The notes under the pieces were generated by a model. That model ran no database searches. It was not told the DNA's origin and was given only the letters and a program-made list of their open reading frames with translations. The position numbers were made by a program, and so were the translations under genes. A DNA stretch of 64,000 nt, from contig CAWDWO010000011.1 in assembly GCA_963806035.1 (NCBI GenBank), positions 32,001 through 96,000 of the forward strand. The letters are read 5' to 3'. Origin of the DNA: Candidatus Krumholzibacteriota bacterium. GTDB taxonomy: Bacteria; Krumholzibacteriota; Krumholzibacteriia; JAJRXK01. Positions 29,484 through 39,096 of the stretch are shown here, in pieces (the stretch's first letter is position 1; each line of letters begins with the position of its first letter).

Positions 29484-30409
29484 CCCTTCGGTAGAGCGTT
29501 TCCCACTTGGAAACTGCGGCGTCTGAAAATCGCATCGACCCAGGCCCGCACGATCGCCACAGCCGCGCGAAAATGGGCCCCCAGGACCAAGTATGCGATC
29601 GCGGCAAGATCATGGAGCGCGAGCCCGCAGTAGGCCGTGAGACGGCCCGGTCCCGCATTGTGGCGTGTGAAGAGGCGCAAGGCGGCTCGGCTCTTGTGGT
29701 AGCTCTTGAACGCCGAGCTCGTCCCACCCACTGAAGCACTCACCTTGTGCAGAACCAGCGCGCGCGGTTCGTAGCGGATTTTCACTCCCAAGTCGGCGGC
29801 GCGGAGACAGAAGTCGACGTCCTCCGCGTAGATGTAGTAGCCCTCGTCGAGCCCTCCGAGGGAATCCCAGACCTCCCTGCGCACCGCCAACGCGCATCCA
29901 CTCACCCAGCCGGTCTCTCCGCCAGGATCTTTCCCCTCGTCCACCTCGCGTCGAATGGCGCGGTGGGAAACGACACCGAGGGAGCGCACGATCTTTCCCC
30001 CTCCATACCAGATGCGCTCGGGCCGGTCATAGTAGCAGATTCGGGGACCGGCCACCCCGAGTTCAGCATCTTCTTGGAAGGATCGCCCCAGCCACTGCAG
30101 AAAATCGGGGGCGACGGTGGTGTCGTTGTTGAGGAGAAGCAACACCTCGGCTCCAAGTTCCAGCGCGCGGGCGGCTCCCGCGTTGTTGCCTCCGGAGAAG
30201 CGGCGATTCTCCCCGAGGGCAAGAAGCTCGGTCTCGGGATATTCGCGCCGCATCCACTCCACGCTGGCGTCGCGGGATCCGTTGTCTACGACGACTACGA
30301 AAAAATCGGGATACTGTGAGGCGTAGAGCGAGGGGAGCAGTTCCCGCAGATGGTCGAGACCGTTCCAATTCAGAACGACCACTCCGATACGGGGTGGATT
30401 CGAAGCCAC
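29480..30409 (-). CDS. GT2 family glycosyltransferase (WbbL/rhamnosyltransferase-like)
   Basis: VVLNWNG, VVDNGSRD, NRRFSGGNN, LLNNDT, SGCAL, YAEDVDFCLR, HKVSAS. Confidence 0.9.
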   Translation of the reverse strand: MASNPPRIGVVVLNWNGLDHLRELLPSLYASQYPDFFVVVVDNGSRDASVEWMRREYPETELLALGENRRFSGGNNAGAARALELGAEVLLLLNNDTTVAPDFLQWLGRSFQEDAELGVAGPRICYYDRPERIWYGGGKIVRSLGVVSHRAIRREVDEGKDPGGETGWVSGCALAVRREVWDSLGGLDEGYYIYAEDVDFCLRAADLGVKIRYEPRALVLHKVSASVGGTSSAFKSYHKSRAALRLFTRHNAGPGRLTAYCGLALHDLAAIAYLVLGAHFRAAVAIVRAWVDAIFRRRSFQVGNALPKG

Positions 30410-30412
30410 GGC

Positions 30413-31429
30413 TCAACCCTCGGAGCGAATCTGATAGCTCTCGCTCTCGTCGCGGGATGAAACCAAGAGTTCAGCCAAGAGACCCAGGCTGAAAAACTGC
30501 ATTGAGACGAGAATGAAGGCGATCCCCAAGAGCATGAGGGGACGCAGATGAAGCCCCGCGCCCATGATCCAGCTGATCAGGAAATACCCGCAGATGAGGA
30601 ACCCGCCCGCACCGAACAGCAGTCCAACCCTGCCGAAGAAGTGCAGAGGAGAGGTTCTCCTGCGGCTCAGAAAGAGCACCGTGAGCAGATCGAAGACTCC
30701 GTTGAGGAATCGCTCGCGGCCGAACTTGGTGACTCCGTGCTTGCGCGCGTGATGCCGGACCGGAATTTCCGCCACCAGAAAACCCTGGATGTGGGCCATC
30801 ACCGGCAGGTAGCGATGAAGTTCGCCGTAGACCCTGAGCGAACGAGTGACCTGGCAGCGGTAGGCCTTGAAGCCGCAGTTGAAGTCGTGGAGCTTGAGCC
30901 CACTCACCATCGAGGTCACGAAATTGAAGAGCTTCGAGGTCGAGGTCTTCACGAAGGGATCCTTGCGATCCTGCTTCCAACCGCTCACCAGATCGTAGCC
31001 CTCGGCCAATGCGGCCAAGAGGCGCGGAATCTCCTGCGGATCGTCCTGCAGGTCCGCATCCATGGTGATCACGATCGATCCTCGGGAACGCTTGAAACCC
31101 ACCGAGAGAGCGGCTGACTTTCCGTAGTTGCGCCGGAAGGACACGTGGTGCAGCTGGGGAACCTCACTGGCCATTCCGCTCAGAATCTGCAGCGTTTGGT
31201 CCACGCTTCCATCATCCATCACCAGGATTTCCCAGGAGGAAGTGATCGGGGCCACGATCGCCGCCACCTGCTCGATGAGCGTGGGCAGACTTTCCGCTTC
31301 GTCGTAGGCCGGGATGAGAATCGTCAGATCGAGTTCGCCCGATCCCGCCAGGGCTCGTCGAGCGGCCTCCAGGATGGCATCGTTGTCCTGAGTCTGGGTC
31401 ACGCCTACTTCAACCCGGGGTTGGCTCAT
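30413..31429 (-). CDS. GT2 polyprenol-phosphate glycosyltransferase (ArnC/GtrB-like) with two C-terminal TM helices
   Basis: IPAYDE, DDGSVD, RNYGKSAAL, MDADLQDDP, HDFNCGFKAYR, GELHRYLP. Confidence 0.9.
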   Translation of the reverse strand: MSQPRVEVGVTQTQDNDAILEAARRALAGSGELDLTILIPAYDEAESLPTLIEQVAAIVAPITSSWEILVMDDGSVDQTLQILSGMASEVPQLHHVSFRRNYGKSAALSVGFKRSRGSIVITMDADLQDDPQEIPRLLAALAEGYDLVSGWKQDRKDPFVKTSTSKLFNFVTSMVSGLKLHDFNCGFKAYRCQVTRSLRVYGELHRYLPVMAHIQGFLVAEIPVRHHARKHGVTKFGRERFLNGVFDLLTVLFLSRRRTSPLHFFGRVGLLFGAGGFLICGYFLISWIMGAGLHLRPLMLLGIAFILVSMQFFSLGLLAELLVSSRDESESYQIRSEG

Positions 31430-32436
31430 GACTTCACCCTCTGTGCGTACCAGCCCACCATCCGCTCGAGTCCCTCTTCCAACGGAATCCGGGCCGAGAA
31501 CTTCAGTTGGTCCCGCGCTCTGACGCCATCCGCGCCGGTGTGGCGAACATCCCCCTTGACCGGCGCCGCGTGTTCGATCTTCACCCTATCCGATATGCCG
31601 TGTTCTTGCACCTTCTCCGCGAGGATCTCCAGGACGGACAGAAGGTCCTGACGGGTCCCTCCTCCGATGTTGTAGGCGGCATAAGGTCTCTCCTCCGCGC
31701 CCGCCAGCAGATTGGCTCGCACCACGTCCTCCACGTAGGTGAAATCCCGGCTCTGTTGCCCGTCTCCGTAGATCACCCATGGCTCGCCTCTCTCGCTGGC
31801 CTGCAAGAACTTACGGAAGGCCATGTCGGGACGTTGCCGCGGACCGTAGACCGTGAAATAACGCAGCGAGGAACAGGGCAGTCCGTAGTTCGTCGCGTAG
31901 AGTTCACAGAGGTTTTCGGCAGCCAGCTTCGTGACTCCATAGGGACTGAAGGGGTGCTTGTCCACGTTCTCCTTGACCGGGTAGTGCTCCTGATTTCCGT
32001 ATACCGAAGAGGAGGACGAATACACCAGGCGCCGAGAGCTTCCTCCCTTCCGCATACTGGCGATCAGCGCTTCGAGCAGAAGCTGAGTGGCACGCACGTT
32101 GGCCCTCAGATAGAGATCAAACTCGCTGCCCCAGGAAGCCCGCACTCCGGCCTGCGCCGCCAGATGAAATACGACATCTTTTTCGCGTACGATTTCGGCC
32201 AGATCCAGCTCGTTGAGATCGCCTTCCATCAATTGAAAGTTGTTCGCCTGGAGTGCTGATCTCAGGTTCTCGCGTTTGAGCGCCGGATCGTAGTAGTCGC
32301 TGAAAGAGTCGATACCCAGCACCTGGTGACCCTGCTCCAGGAGGGTATCCACCAAACTACTGCCCAGAAACCCGGCGCAACCGGTGACCAGGACACGCCG
32401 CGGAGTGGCCCAGTAGGCGAGCGGATCGAAACTCAC
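31426..32436 (-). CDS. NAD-dependent nucleotide-sugar epimerase/dehydratase (UDP-glucuronate 4-epimerase-like)
   Basis: VTGCAGFLGS, HLAAQAGVR, SSSSVYG, YGVTK, RYFTVYGPRQRPDMAF, RDFTYVED. Confidence 0.92.
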   Translation of the reverse strand: MSFDPLAYWATPRRVLVTGCAGFLGSSLVDTLLEQGHQVLGIDSFSDYYDPALKRENLRSALQANNFQLMEGDLNELDLAEIVREKDVVFHLAAQAGVRASWGSEFDLYLRANVRATQLLLEALIASMRKGGSSRRLVYSSSSSVYGNQEHYPVKENVDKHPFSPYGVTKLAAENLCELYATNYGLPCSSLRYFTVYGPRQRPDMAFRKFLQASERGEPWVIYGDGQQSRDFTYVEDVVRANLLAGAEERPYAAYNIGGGTRQDLLSVLEILAEKVQEHGISDRVKIEHAAPVKGDVRHTGADGVRARDQLKFSARIPLEEGLERMVGWYAQRVKS

Positions 32437-35051
32437 TCCTTCTCCTTCGGAGCTTCCACTGCCGAGCTGTCACTTTCGACCGGAGGTGGATCGTTCAAGT
32501 GCTTGCGCATCGACTCCAGATCCACTCGAGACTCGGAATCCCCAGTGCGCTGGACGTAGGACTGGAGCACATCGATGGCCGCATCTCGATTCCCCGCATC
32601 CCATAGCACCCGCACTTTCATGCGCACGTAGGCCCTCTCGTTGGGATCCCGCTCGAGCAGCGTATCGGTCCAGGCCGCCGCCCTTTCCCGGTAGCCGGCG
32701 GAGAGGAGATTGCGTCCCATGTCCACCGCCATGGAGCGAGGATCTGGCAAGTGGTCCAGATAGTATTGGGCGATCTTCAATGCATCGTCGGGATGGTGGG
32801 ACTGGATGAATGCAGTCGGGATCAAATCGACGAGGAAGGGGAAAGTCGGATCCAGCTCGAAGGCCAGGCGGAGAGCCTCGATTCCCTTCTCCTCCTCCCC
32901 TCCGGTGATACGGGCGTAGGCCACCCGGCACAGAGCGGCCGGATAGTTCCTCGCGAGATGGGCTGTATTGAAGTCCTTGTAGAAAGAATCATCGCGCACG
33001 AAGGGAAGCTTCTCGCCCAGCCTGGGCTGAACTTTGGAATCAGGAGTATAGGGTTTCCAGATTCCGGACATGTCGTAGTTCTTGGTGAAGTTCTCCATGA
33101 TCTTGTCTGCATCGATCTTCGAACGACCGTCCTCGGTCCTCTTCCGCGTCAGACGATAGACCAGGCCCTCCATACTGAAGTAGGGGTTGTAGTCGGAAAT
33201 GTACTCCGGCGGAATCGTCACCGCGAAGTAGATGGGACGTTGCCAGCGGTTTTGCTCGATGATGTGCCACACGACCATGTCGCGAATCCACAGCACGGTC
33301 TTGTCGGGAAGCATCTGAGCCTCGAGCTTGGTCCGCATGCCCTTGTGCTCGATCGGTTCCTTCCCTTCGATCTGGGCGTCGGTCCAGGATATGGGGCACT
33401 TCGGGCTCACGTCCCTGAGCTGTTTGATGTACCACGGCACGTTGATGAGGCTCAGGTTCACCACCCGCACGTCGGTGCGGAACTTCTCAACCCCTTGTAG
33501 ATACCACAGCGGGAAGGTGTCGTTGTCTCCATTGGTGAAAAGAATGCTGTTCTTGGGAAGACTCGTGAGCATGTTCCAGCCGTAGTCACGCGGGATGAAA
33601 TCGTGACTCCGGTCGTGCTCGTAATACTTGGGATGGTGAGGCACCAAGACCGGCAAGAGAGCGATGGCGATCAACAGACCGCCTCCCGCGATCAGCAGGC
33701 GTGGTGAAGCGAATTTCTCGCGCATCCCCAGCCATATCGACCTCAAGAAACCCCCGGCTCCCAGGGCCATGAACAGGGCCCAGAACTGGAACGCGCCGAA
33801 GTAGAAGTAGTCGCGATCGCGCACTTCGTGGTCCGTGAAGTTCAATATGATGATCAGGCCCAGCGAGTTGATGAGGAACACGGTCAAGAAGCCCCAGGCC
33901 AATTTCCGGTTGCCCCGGAACTGATTGAGGATTCCGTAAAGACCGAGGGAGATGGGCACGAAGGTGTCGAGAAAGCCCGGGCGGGGCAGGAAGGTGAATT
34001 GCTGCAAGAAGCCGATCACGCGGCGGCCGGCGAGAGCGGAATCGCCGTCCCATACACTCGTTCCCAGAAAATGACCGAGCTGCCACAAAATGGGTGCTTC
34101 ACGGTGCCATGGTACCCGCGGAGGATATTGCTCGCGGCGAATCACCATCATCAAACGGCCGAAAGTGTCCGGCACGCTCTGGTTGATGAAGGGTGATTGC
34201 GTGGATCGGATGAGCATGAAGACGTGGACCGAGAGCCCCAGAAAAAAGAGGGCGATCCCGGCCAGGGCAAAGCCGGATCCATTGGGAACGAGAAGGCGCC
34301 ACAGCGCGAGTCCGATCAAGATGAAGTAGAGCATACTGAAGAAGATGTTGCTCTTGATCATGGTCGAGAGAACGAAGACCCCCATCGTGAAGGAAACCAA
34401 GAGGAGATCCTTGTCATCGAGGGCCTTGTCCCTCGCGATGAGCGCGACGACGAAGAGACCGGGATAGACGAGCACCGAACCCAAATGGAACCCGACCGAG
34501 AGCCCCATCACGTAGACCACGAGCAGGAAGAAGGTCGATGAAGCCAGGACCTCCCTCTGTTCGTACCAGCGGACGATCATGTAACCGGTGAGCGCCAACA
34601 CGAACGCGGCGAGACTGTAGACCTCGGCCTCGATGGCGTTGTTCCAGAAGGTGGTGGAGAAAGCGAGGAAGATGGCGCCCATTGCCGCGCCCATCCGCAC
34701 CAGCCACTGCGGGCTGGGATCTTGGAGCTCCTCCTCCCAGCCTTCCTGGAGACGAACCGCGGTCAGGTAGGTGAACACCACCGCCAGCGCCGCGAAGAAG
34801 CCGCTCATCAGGTTCACTTTGAGCGCCACGGGCAGCCCCAGCGGCAAAATCGAGAAGATGTGCGCCACCAGCACGTAGAGCGGGGTTCCCGGTTGGTGGG
34901 GAATCCCCAGTCCGTAGGCGGTGGCGACGAACTCGCCGCAGTCCCAGAAAGAAATGCTCCTGGAAGTCGTGGCCGCGTAGACCCCGAAACTCAGGACGAA
35001 AAGGGCGAACGCCACGTAGGTATTGGGCCTCTTCAGCGCACGATTCAGCAA
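32433..35051 (-). CDS. DUF2723 / TMEM260-like multi-TM protein (putative protein O-mannosyltransferase) with C-terminal TPR-like helices
   Basis: FWDCGEF...AYGLGIPHQPGTPLY, FWNNAIEAEVY, R.QY, EVRDRDYFY, FTNGDNDTFPLWYLQ.VE.FRTDVRVVNLSL...WYI.QL. Confidence 0.88.
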   Translation of the reverse strand: MLNRALKRPNTYVAFALFVLSFGVYAATTSRSISFWDCGEFVATAYGLGIPHQPGTPLYVLVAHIFSILPLGLPVALKVNLMSGFFAALAVVFTYLTAVRLQEGWEEELQDPSPQWLVRMGAAMGAIFLAFSTTFWNNAIEAEVYSLAAFVLALTGYMIVRWYEQREVLASSTFFLLVVYVMGLSVGFHLGSVLVYPGLFVVALIARDKALDDKDLLLVSFTMGVFVLSTMIKSNIFFSMLYFILIGLALWRLLVPNGSGFALAGIALFFLGLSVHVFMLIRSTQSPFINQSVPDTFGRLMMVIRREQYPPRVPWHREAPILWQLGHFLGTSVWDGDSALAGRRVIGFLQQFTFLPRPGFLDTFVPISLGLYGILNQFRGNRKLAWGFLTVFLINSLGLIIILNFTDHEVRDRDYFYFGAFQFWALFMALGAGGFLRSIWLGMREKFASPRLLIAGGGLLIAIALLPVLVPHHPKYYEHDRSHDFIPRDYGWNMLTSLPKNSILFTNGDNDTFPLWYLQGVEKFRTDVRVVNLSLINVPWYIKQLRDVSPKCPISWTDAQIEGKEPIEHKGMRTKLEAQMLPDKTVLWIRDMVVWHIIEQNRWQRPIYFAVTIPPEYISDYNPYFSMEGLVYRLTRKRTEDGRSKIDADKIMENFTKNYDMSGIWKPYTPDSKVQPRLGEKLPFVRDDSFYKDFNTAHLARNYPAALCRVAYARITGGEEEKGIEALRLAFELDPTFPFLVDLIPTAFIQSHHPDDALKIAQYYLDHLPDPRSMAVDMGRNLLSAGYRERAAAWTDTLLERDPNERAYVRMKVRVLWDAGNRDAAIDVLQSYVQRTGDSESRVDLESMRKHLNDPPPVESDSSAVEAPKEKE

Positions 35052-35097
35052 AACTCACTTCCTCCGGAAAATGCTGCCTTCGGCCATCCGAGGCGAA

Positions 35098-35106
35098 ACT
35101 CTAGCA
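35098..35106 (-). promoter_or_regulatory. Possible extended -10 promoter upstream of the DUF2723 gene
   Basis: TGcTAGAGT in a 138-bp intergenic gap; the same TGTGCTAG core occurs in the predicted selA promoter. Confidence 0.35.
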
Positions 35107-35189
35107 CAGCTCGCCCCTTGGGCGTAGAGATCATGCGGCCCGTTGGTACGTCCCGGACGCGAGGGCGGTTCCCTGCGGCAAGTTCTCAT

Positions 35190-36236
35190 TCACTCTCTCC
35201 CGGGAACTTCAGGGGGGCCCTCCACCCTGCTCACCCCGCGCTTCTCATCCTGAGCTCGCCTGCGCTTTCCTCCACGCAAGAAGCGGAGGACGAAGAAAAC
35301 CCCACCTACGCCGCTCACCGCCACCTGCACCAGATAAGTCGTGATCTGCAGAGCGAAGGCCTCCGGCGCGGCGATCCCGATTCCCGGCAGAAGACGGGTT
35401 GCGATGAGTTCACGCAGCCCCAGGCCGTTGAAGGAAACGGGCAACACGATCGCGATTCCCAGGACGGGGATGAGCACGTAGAGACCCAGGACGAGAGGCC
35501 AACTCAAGGGAATGGCCAGGGCCTGGGCCACCAGGACGTGAGTGAGCACCCGAAAGAACTGCACGAGAAGCGAGAGAGAGAAGATCCCCAGCAGAAAGAG
35601 CGGCGAACGCCGGTAACGCGCGAACTCGCTCATGAGGTTCTGCATCCGCTCGTGGATTCGGGCAAAGCGGAGGCGCCCGACGAGCCGGGTGATTCTCTCT
35701 CCGAGTCGGTTCGAAAGCAACAGGCCCCCCGTGAGCAACAACAGAAGGCACACTCCGATCAAAACCACCGAGGGGAGATCCAGGTGGCCGAAACCGCGCG
35801 AGAGAAGGGCGGCGATCACCCCGAGCGCGGCCAGAGCGCTCAGACCCACCACGCGATCCAGGATGGTCCCGGCCACGGCCCGGCTCAACTCTCCCGTGCT
35901 GAGGGACACATCGGCCACCTTGACGAGGTCCCCCCCCACGTTGCTCGGCAAGAAGTTGTTGAAGAACAGACCGATCCAGTAGATGCGCGCCAGTCGGCCC
36001 AGCGAAAGATCCAGCCCGGCGTGCCGCAAAAGAAGGCCCCACTGCAGTGCGCCGAGAATGGTGGAAATCGTGAAGATGAGGGCGGCGGGAGCAAGGCTGA
36101 GTGGCTGGATGTCTCCCAGTTTGCGCCAGCCTCCCTGAAAATTGTGCACGAGCCACCACATGAGGGTCAGGCTGACCACGATCCGCAGGGCCAGACTCCA
36201 CCATCTCGTGGGGCGCGGCGCTTCTGCTTCTGTCAT
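35190..36236 (-). CDS. Lysylphosphatidylglycerol-synthase TM / flippase-like domain protein (UPF0104)
   Basis: W..LL, YWIGLFFNNFLPSNVGGD, DRVVGL, LPVSFNGLGLRE; about 8 TM helices. Start at 36236 (ATGA overlap). Confidence 0.85.
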   Translation of the reverse strand: MTEAEAPRPTRWWSLALRIVVSLTLMWWLVHNFQGGWRKLGDIQPLSLAPAALIFTISTILGALQWGLLLRHAGLDLSLGRLARIYWIGLFFNNFLPSNVGGDLVKVADVSLSTGELSRAVAGTILDRVVGLSALAALGVIAALLSRGFGHLDLPSVVLIGVCLLLLLTGGLLLSNRLGERITRLVGRLRFARIHERMQNLMSEFARYRRSPLFLLGIFSLSLLVQFFRVLTHVLVAQALAIPLSWPLVLGLYVLIPVLGIAIVLPVSFNGLGLRELIATRLLPGIGIAAPEAFALQITTYLVQVAVSGVGGVFFVLRFLRGGKRRRAQDEKRGVSRVEGPPEVPGRE

Positions 36237-37354
36237 CGAGTTTTCTCCCGTGCCGCCCGCTCCATCACGGCCAAGCTCCTCTCGGCGCAGTCCTCCCAGG
36301 TGAAACTCCGTGCCCAGCGTACGGCGTTCTCGCTGTAGCTGCGCCACAGGGGAGGATCGGTGAGCAGCTCGAGCGCCTTGGCGGCGAAGTCTTCCGCTTC
36401 ACCATACTCGGCAAGGAGCCCCGTCTCGCCTTCTCGCACCGAATCCACCAGGCCAGGGCGCCGGCTCGCGACCACGGGAACCCCGCAGGCATTGGCCTCG
36501 ATCACGGTCAGTCCCCAGCCCTCTTTGGGCGAGGGGTTCAAGAAGAGATGGCTTTGGTAGAGCACCTTCACGATTTCAGCACGGGGCAGGTAACCGCGAA
36601 AGTGTACGGCCTCTTTGAGGCCCAGTTCCTCGGCGAGTCCACGCAAGCGCTTCTCGTCCGGGCCATCGCCCACGATCTCCAGCTCGACCTCGGGCAGGGT
36701 GCGGCGAATCGCGGCCAGAGATCTCAAAACGACGTCCACGCTCTTGTAGCGTCTGAGCCGTCCCAAATGCACCAGCTTGGGCACTCGCGAACGCGCGGGA
36801 GGATCATCCAGCCGGTAGGGACGGTGGTCCATTCCGCACTCCACGATCTCGACTCTCTCGGCGTCGATCCCCCTGCGTACCAGATCGTCCGCGGTGCTCT
36901 TGCTGATGGCCAAAAAATGAGAGCGCCGATAGACACGTGGGATGGGGCGTTCGCTCAGGTAGACGTAGCTCGCGGTGAGAGGATTGGTCTCACGAAAAAC
37001 CGTGGCGCCGAAGAGATGGGGAACGATGACCAGAACGGGAAGACGCGTATGCCAGGGAGTGAAAAAAGGAATCTTGTTGATGTCCTCCACTACCAGATCG
37101 TAAGAAGCTCGCCGCAGTTCGTCCTTCAGGAGGCCGGGCAAAGTGAAGTTTGCCAGCCGCCAACTGCCGCGACGCCGGTAGTGAATTCCATCCTCCCCCG
37201 TTTCCTCATCCGCTGCGCCCGGATAACTGCATGCAAGCCAGGTCACTTCGTGGCCCTGCTTTACCGCATGGCGCAAGATCTCGTGCAGGTGAACTTCGGC
37301 CCCACCGCCCATGGGATCGCCGCGATCTCGCCAATTGACTGCCAGAATCTTCAG
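36233..37354 (-). CDS. GT4 family glycosyltransferase
   Basis: (L)KILAVNWRDRGDPMGGGAEVH, GRL..YK, GDGPD, PSPKEGWGLTVIEANACGVPVV (EX7E). The conserved N-terminus begins at a CTG at 37354; the first ATG is at 37312. Confidence 0.9.
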   Translation of the reverse strand: MKILAVNWRDRGDPMGGGAEVHLHEILRHAVKQGHEVTWLACSYPGAADEETGEDGIHYRRRGSWRLANFTLPGLLKDELRRASYDLVVEDINKIPFFTPWHTRLPVLVIVPHLFGATVFRETNPLTASYVYLSERPIPRVYRRSHFLAISKSTADDLVRRGIDAERVEIVECGMDHRPYRLDDPPARSRVPKLVHLGRLRRYKSVDVVLRSLAAIRRTLPEVELEIVGDGPDEKRLRGLAEELGLKEAVHFRGYLPRAEIVKVLYQSHLFLNPSPKEGWGLTVIEANACGVPVVASRRPGLVDSVREGETGLLAEYGEAEDFAAKALELLTDPPLWRSYSENAVRWARSFTWEDCAERSLAVMERAAREKTR

Positions 37355-37426
37355 AGGCCAACCCCCGTCTTGGGCTGATCAGCCGCCGCCTCGTCGGAAA
37401 GAGGCGCCCGATCGGCCGTGGGACCA

Positions 37427-38206
37427 CTATGCGCGTTTTCGCGCCAGACAACCCACTACGATCGTGGTGTAGAGAGAGAGCCTTCTCTTCGCGAACCAGC
37501 CGCGGAAGCCGCGGGCCAAAGGGGCGAAGGGCCAGATGCCGCGCGGATACATGGGCAGGCGCAGGCCCACGGTCTTCAGCAGCACCTTCCGCAGAGCGCG
37601 ATACCAGAGCGCAGGCACCATCCAGTCGCCGTAACTGCGCTCGACTCGGAGTTCGATGGAATGCAGGAGGGTCTCGAGTTCGGCGATGGTGAATTCCGTT
37701 TCCCAGCCCGCGAACCAGCGATCGAACAACATGAGCGCGTGCTTGCCCAGGGTGTAGTAGTGATAGCGCTGAGGCACGTCGACGAGCAAGATTCCCCCCG
37801 GCTTGAGAACGCGCACGTTCTCGCGCAGAAGGGGCAGAGGATCACGGAAGTGCTCGAGCAAGCCCTGGTGGAACACGAGGTCGAAAGTCCCGTCGGCGAA
37901 GGGCATGCTGAGTCCGTCTCCCCCCACCACCGACACCCTCGTGCCCGTCGCTTTGGCGGCCTCGTCGATCAGATGGAGACTCTCGGGGACATAGTCCAGA
38001 GTGACGACTTCGGCTCCGGCCTTTGCCAGGGCCAAGCTGTCGCGGCCGGTGCCCGCACCTACTTCGAGAACTCTCGCACCCCGGGGGTCCATGATGCCGA
38101 AGACTTCGCGGAGAATGCGTCCGTCGTTGCCGTAGACATCTTGCAGGCTGAGATTGCCTGCATCGACCCAGAAGTTCTGCCAGTGCTCTTTGCGGGATTC
38201 ACGCAT
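37427..38206 (-). CDS. Class I SAM-dependent methyltransferase
   Basis: VLEVGAGTG, LDY, GDGLSMPFADGTFDLV..QGLLEH, RVLKPGG. Confidence 0.9.
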   Translation of the reverse strand: MRESRKEHWQNFWVDAGNLSLQDVYGNDGRILREVFGIMDPRGARVLEVGAGTGRDSLALAKAGAEVVTLDYVPESLHLIDEAAKATGTRVSVVGGDGLSMPFADGTFDLVFHQGLLEHFRDPLPLLRENVRVLKPGGILLVDVPQRYHYYTLGKHALMLFDRWFAGWETEFTIAELETLLHSIELRVERSYGDWMVPALWYRALRKVLLKTVGLRLPMYPRGIWPFAPLARGFRGWFAKRRLSLYTTIVVGCLARKRA

Positions 38207-38615
38207 GGTGCGATTCGTGCTCTCGCAAGATGTGGTCGAGTACCCCGTTCACGAAGCGTGCTGCATCGTCACTGCTGTAGGTCTTCGCGAGATCGACTGC
38301 TTCGGAGATCGCGACCTTGGCTGGGGTCTCGGAGATGTGGAGCATCTCGAGAAGCGCGAGGCGCAGGATGGCTCGTTCGACGACCCCTACTCGCTCGGGG
38401 CTCCAACCGGTGAGAGCCGCATCGATCTGTTTGTCGAGTTCCGCGCTCTCACGCTGCAATTCCTGGCTGACCTTCTCGACGTATTCCACGGTCGAACGGG
38501 TGGGACCGCGGCGCTCGATCTGCTCCGCGACCGCATCGGCCAGGTCCTTCCCGCCCACTACGCTGGCGTACAGGGCCTGCACCAGAAGTTCTCGAGCCTT
38601 GCGCTGACGACCCAT
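38199..38615 (-). CDS. nusB: Transcription antitermination factor NusB
   Basis: RKARELLVQALY, W..ER...VERAILRLA, VAISEAVDLAK, FVNGVLD; follows ribH. Confidence 0.95.
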   Translation of the reverse strand: MGRQRKARELLVQALYASVVGGKDLADAVAEQIERRGPTRSTVEYVEKVSQELQRESAELDKQIDAALTGWSPERVGVVERAILRLALLEMLHISETPAKVAISEAVDLAKTYSSDDAARFVNGVLDHILREHESHHA

Positions 38616-38616
38616 C

Positions 38617-39096
38617 TCAGGCATCGCCTTGTGGGAGTTGGCGCAGCAGATCGGCCATTTCCAGTGCGGCAAGGGCCGCGTCGAATCCCTTGTTGCCCGC
38701 CTTCGTTCCAGAGCGCTCCATGGCCTGTTCCAGGTTCTCGGTGGTGAGCACTCCATTGATCAGGGGTACCCTGGTCTGGAGCCGGACCTGGTCACAGCCG
38801 CGGCTCACGCTCTGAGCCACGTAGTCGAAGTGCGCGGTCGAGCCGCGGATGACCGCGCCCAGGGCAATGATCGCAGCGTACTCGCCGCTCTCCGCCAGAC
38901 GCAAGCACACCAGAGGAATCTCGGTAGCTCCGGGAACCCACGCGACATCGACCTCATCCTCGCCCACGCCGTGCCGATGCAGACCGTCCAGGGCTCCCTC
39001 GAGGAGCTGCTTGGAAAAGAGCGAATTGAAGCGGGAAACCACGATTGCCACTTTGCCCTTGGCCTTGGCATAGTGCCCTTCGAAAACGGTGGACAT
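38617..39096 (-). CDS. ribH: 6,7-dimethyl-8-ribityllumazine synthase
   Basis: [38 protein letters not shown]. Confidence 0.97.
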   Translation of the reverse strand: MSTVFEGHYAKAKGKVAIVVSRFNSLFSKQLLEGALDGLHRHGVGEDEVDVAWVPGATEIPLVCLRLAESGEYAAIIALGAVIRGSTAHFDYVAQSVSRGCDQVRLQTRVPLINGVLTTENLEQAMERSGTKAGNKGFDAALAALEMADLLRQLPQGDA

